Assembly: GCA_002457515.1 (NCBI GenBank)
Contig: NTJN01000005.1
Span: 403-64,402, forward strand
Source of the DNA: Pelagibacterales bacterium MED-G40
GTDB taxonomy: Bacteria > Pseudomonadota > Alphaproteobacteria > Pelagibacterales > Pelagibacteraceae
DNA: 64,000 nt
Reading direction: 5' to 3'
Numbering within the stretch: the stretch's first letter is position 1; each line of letters begins with the position of its first letter. Below, piece after piece: positions 60,813 to 64,000 of this stretch. Made by a program: the position numbers and the translations under genes. Below the pieces are notes generated by a model that was not told the DNA's origin, did no database searches, and was given only the letters and a program-made list of their open reading frames with translations.

Positions 60813-61481
60813 TTATATTTTTAAATCATTGATTAGTTTATTAGCTGCATTTTGTTCAGCGATTTTTTTTGAACCACCTGTTCCTAGATATTTTTTTGAG
60901 TTCTTAATTTCCACCTCAGCCTTAAATGTAGGTTTGTGTTTAGGGCCAGATTGTTTATATATTTTATAATTAGGCAACTGTTTGTATTTTTTTAAACTAT
61001 ATTCTTGAAGCTTGGTTTTAGAGTCAATAACCGTGATAACAGACTTATCTAAGAACTCTTTCCAATTTTTCTTAATAAATTTTTCTGCTACTTCTAAACC
61101 TTGGTCCCAAAAAATAGCACCAATTAAAGCCTCTAGTCCATCACTTAAAATTTTCTCATTTTTTTTTTCAAGTTTTTTTTGTGAATCACCAACAAGAATA
61201 TATTTATCTAAGCCTATTTTCTTTGATATTTGGTAACAGGTTTTTTTATTTACCAAATTAGCAAATTTTTTGTCAACAATCCCCTCTTTTTCGTCGGGAT
61301 AAGTTTTAAGAAGTGTATAAGAAAGAATTAATCCTAATACTCTATCACCCAAAAATTCAAGTTTTTCATTATTAACATTATTGTTATAGCTTTTATGAAT
61401 CATGCTTGTTTTTAATATTTCAAAGTCATTGAAATCTACGCCTATTGCTTTTTCTAAATATAAAAATTTTTTACTTTTCAT
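60813..61481 (-). CDS. rnc: Ribonuclease III
   Basis: NEKLEFLGD, D.LEALIGA, dsRBD KT.LQE...AEQNAA. Confidence 0.97.
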   Translation of the reverse strand: MKSKKFLYLEKAIGVDFNDFEILKTSMIHKSYNNNVNNEKLEFLGDRVLGLILSYTLLKTYPDEKEGIVDKKFANLVNKKTCYQISKKIGLDKYILVGDSQKKLEKKNEKILSDGLEALIGAIFWDQGLEVAEKFIKKNWKEFLDKSVITVIDSKTKLQEYSLKKYKQLPNYKIYKQSGPKHKPTFKAEVEIKNSKKYLGTGGSKKIAEQNAANKLINDLKI

Positions 61482-62215
61482 AGCTTTTTAAAAAAACGAT
61501 TTATTCTCAAAGAGTTGCCCCAGTTCCAGAATTTCAGAACGCTTCCTTGCAAGGTATCATTTGAAAAGAAAATTAAATTAGCTTTTCCTACTAAATTTAA
61601 ATCGCTTACATATCCAACGCTACTTAAAAACCTACTATCCCGAGAGCAATCTCTATTATCACCTAAAAAAAAGTAATGATTTGAAGGCACTATATATTTA
61701 TCGGAATTCTGGGTTGTTCCATTTTTGTTGTAAACAGCTACATGTTTAAGACCATTAGGAAGAGTTTCTTCATAAGCTTTAGCAATTATATTAGTAGATC
61801 CGCATCTAATTTCTTCTACTATTTTAATTTCCTTTCTAATTATTTCGTTATTGTTAATAAAAAGTTTTCCGTTTCTAAACTGAATTTCATCTCCAGGTAG
61901 ACCAATTAATCTTTTGATATAATCAGTTCTATTATCTGCTGGAGTTTTGAAAACAACAAGGTCTCCATATTTAGGTTCTTTCTTTAACAATCTTTTGTTA
62001 TAGATCGATGGACTAAAGGGGAAAGAATGCTTGCTATATCCATAGGAATATTTTGATACGAAGATTCTGTCACCAATTAATAAGGTTGGTTCCATAGATG
62101 AAGAAGGAATGTAAAAGGGTTGGAAAAATAACGATCTAATAAGCACTGCAATAAGAAGAGCATATAAAATGGTTTTTAAATTTTCAGAAACAACTTTTAT
62201 AAAATTTTTTTTCAT
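61478..62215 (-). CDS. lepB: Signal peptidase I
   Basis: IPSSSMEPTL (Ser), YIKRLIGLPGD (Lys), GDNR..S.DSR. Confidence 0.97.
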   Translation of the reverse strand: MKKNFIKVVSENLKTILYALLIAVLIRSLFFQPFYIPSSSMEPTLLIGDRIFVSKYSYGYSKHSFPFSPSIYNKRLLKKEPKYGDLVVFKTPADNRTDYIKRLIGLPGDEIQFRNGKLFINNNEIIRKEIKIVEEIRCGSTNIIAKAYEETLPNGLKHVAVYNKNGTTQNSDKYIVPSNHYFFLGDNRDCSRDSRFLSSVGYVSDLNLVGKANLIFFSNDTLQGSVLKFWNWGNSLRINRFFKKL

Positions 62216-62601
62216 AAAGTAGTTAAAATAACAAATGCAACGGCAAAAGGTTTATCATCAGAAATTGAAAGAAATGTTTTGAACTTTTTCCTTTTTGTAA
62301 TCTTATATACTGTTTTAAGGCTATTTCCATAAACTTTTATAAAAGGTTTGCCGTATTTGTCATTTTTAATTTCAATTTCTTTAAAACTTAATCCTCTTGA
62401 GATACCGGTTCCAAGCGATTTAGAAAAGGCTTCTTTTGCTGCAAATCTTGATGCATAACACGAATAATTATTTCTCCTCTGTTCACATAATTTTATTTCA
62501 GATTTTGAAAAAATCTTATTTTTAAAACTTTTATTTGTTTTAATAATTTTTTTTACCCTTTCTATTCTGATAATATCAGTTCCAGATCCGTATATTTTCA
62601 T
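62212..62601 (-). CDS. acpS: Holo-ACP synthase
   Basis: G.GTDII, RFAAKEA.SK..GTG, GKP, SISDD. Confidence 0.95.
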   Translation of the reverse strand: MKIYGSGTDIIRIERVKKIIKTNKSFKNKIFSKSEIKLCEQRRNNYSCYASRFAAKEAFSKSLGTGISRGLSFKEIEIKNDKYGKPFIKVYGNSLKTVYKITKRKKFKTFLSISDDKPFAVAFVILTTL

Positions 62602-62603
62602 AT

Positions 62604-63323
62604 TCAAATGATCTTTTTAAATTTTTTTATTGTGTTTTTTAATCCAATAAATATAGACTCTCCAACTAAAAAATGACCTATGTTAAACTCACTAATGTGC
62701 TTAATTTTAGATATGATTCCAGCTGATTTAAACGTTAGACCGTGTCCAGCGTGGACTTCCAAGCCTAAACTAGATGCAAAACAAACAGCTTTTTTTATTT
62801 TTTTAATCTCGTTTTCGTAAAATTTTTTTTTATTAATAAGATTACAAATTTTTCCAGTATGTATTTCAATACAATCTGCATTAATTTCTTTTGCTGTACT
62901 AATATCTTTTAAGTTTGGCTCAATAAATAAGCTAATTCTTGAGCCATTTTTTTTTAACTTTTTAATCATTTTTTTAAGAAAAATTTTATTATAATTAAGA
63001 TTTAAACCTCCCTCTGTTGTTACTTCTTTTCTTTTTTCAGGAACTATACAAATAAATAAAGGTTTTTGCTTTAGTGCAATTTTTAACATCTCGTTCGTTG
63101 CAGCTATTTCTAAATTTAAAGGTATCTTTAATTTTGATTGAATTTCTTTTAAATCGAATTCGTTAATATGCCGTCTATCTTCTCTTAAGTGAATTGTTAC
63201 AGAATCTGCTCCATACTTTTCAGATAATAATGCTGCTCTAAGTGGACTTGGATAAATTTCACCTCGAGCGTTTCTAACAGTAGCTACATGATCTATGTTA
63301 ACACCCAAACGTATTTTTGGCAT
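62604..63323 (-). CDS. pdxJ: Pyridoxine 5'-phosphate synthase
   Basis: LGVNIDHVAT.RNAR, HLREDRRH, TTEGG, HAGHGL, NIGH. Confidence 0.97.
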   Translation of the reverse strand: MPKIRLGVNIDHVATVRNARGEIYPSPLRAALLSEKYGADSVTIHLREDRRHINEFDLKEIQSKLKIPLNLEIAATNEMLKIALKQKPLFICIVPEKRKEVTTEGGLNLNYNKIFLKKMIKKLKKNGSRISLFIEPNLKDISTAKEINADCIEIHTGKICNLINKKKFYENEIKKIKKAVCFASSLGLEVHAGHGLTFKSAGIISKIKHISEFNIGHFLVGESIFIGLKNTIKKFKKII

Positions 63324-63904
63324 TAAAGACCTCTAGAACCTGGTTTTACAGCTTTAATAGATAGTAAAGTTTCTGGCAGATTCTTTTTATCGTATGTCGG
63401 AATATTAATTTCAATTTGAGAAACAATTTTACTTTTAATCACAGATTTACCTTGCGATCTATCAATAAGACATGCGAAGCCAATGGTTTTTGCCTCTGAT
63501 TTTTTTATTATCTCAACACACTCTAAACTAGACTTTCCAGTAGTAATAACATCTTCAACAATTAATACTTTGGAAGAACTTGGAATTTTAAAATCTCTTC
63601 TTAAAGTAAAATTATTGTTAATTCTTTCAGCAAAGATTGTTTCTTTATTTAAAAGTTTACCCATCTCATATCCAATAACAATACCTCCAATTGCTGGAGA
63701 AAGTATTAAATCAATTTCTTTAAATTCATTATTAATTTTTTCAGCTAAAGATGAACAAATTTTTTTAGATAGGTAGGGTTTGCTTAATAGTTGAGCACAT
63801 TGAATGTATTGTGAACTATGAAGTCCAGAAGACAATATAAAATGACCATCTAAAAGAGCTTTACTTTCTTTTAAAATTTCTAAAGATTCTTTGTATGAGA
63901 GCAT
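63323..63904 (-). CDS. pyrE: Orotate phosphoribosyltransferase
   Basis: GHF.LSSG.HS, VEDVITTG.S PRPP motif, KPGSR. Confidence 0.95.
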   Translation of the reverse strand: MLSYKESLEILKESKALLDGHFILSSGLHSSQYIQCAQLLSKPYLSKKICSSLAEKINNEFKEIDLILSPAIGGIVIGYEMGKLLNKETIFAERINNNFTLRRDFKIPSSSKVLIVEDVITTGKSSLECVEIIKKSEAKTIGFACLIDRSQGKSVIKSKIVSQIEINIPTYDKKNLPETLLSIKAVKPGSRGL

Positions 63905-63998
63905 TTTTTTTCTGTTTATGTCGAATAATTTTAAAATTTAAATGTTTTTGTTTTATCTGACTTATTAAGTTTGTAAAGTTTTTTAAGTCATTTATCTG
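63861..63998 (-). CDS. C-terminal fragment of probable RelA/SpoT (Rsh) protein; the rest lies beyond the window
   Basis: Open frame QINDLKNFTNLISQIKQKHLNFKIIRH...FKRK* overlapping the pyrE start; ACT-like end and rsh-pyrE-pdxJ synteny (inference). Confidence 0.6.
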   Translation of the reverse strand, partial: QINDLKNFTNLISQIKQKHLNFKIIRHKQKKNALIQRIFRNFKRK

Positions 63999-64000
63999 TA

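Noticed and set aside
746-63776. Numerous 60-130 aa ORFs antisense to or nested within core genes (e.g. 4104-4454, 40028-40381, 50974-51366, 54190-54564)
   Set aside because: Shadow ORFs of well-supported genes, with no recognisable motifs
1-64000. CRISPR arrays, rRNA, IS elements or an intact prophage
   Set aside because: No repeat-spacer periodicity, rRNA-like sequence, transposase or phage structural genes seen

Overview
AT-rich, extremely gene-dense alphaproteobacterial chromosome segment. Tiny or overlapping intergenic spacers, gene order and protein content (DmdA, K+-independent HppA, short MetG) fit the SAR11/Pelagibacterales clade; this is inferred from recognition, not a database search. 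It holds about 73 CDSs, mostly core genes (gyrA to nhaA on the left; recJ, ribosomal protein, riboflavin, glyA and rnc/lepB/pyrE genes on the right), and 4 tRNAs (Lys, Ser, Pro, Glu). Gene orientation flips near 29.5-31 kb (22 of 28 CDSs are + before it, 39 of 44 are - after it), as expected at a replication terminus. At that flip sits a lone Cre-like tyrosine recombinase. Immediately upstream of it is a perfect 10-7-10 inverted repeat that overlaps its own sigma70 promoter, making it a candidate self-contained single-recombinase/dif-like module. Next come a phage-type cupin gene and the window's only long non-coding stretch. To the left, a tRNA-Pro-headed operon encodes DMSP demethylation-type genes (dmdC, dmdB and a DmdA with apparently altered folate-site residues). 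It also carries an OsmC protein, a Glu-less crotonase and an alpha/beta hydrolase that could stand in for the missing DmdD step. The recJ stop codon lies inside tRNA-Glu.
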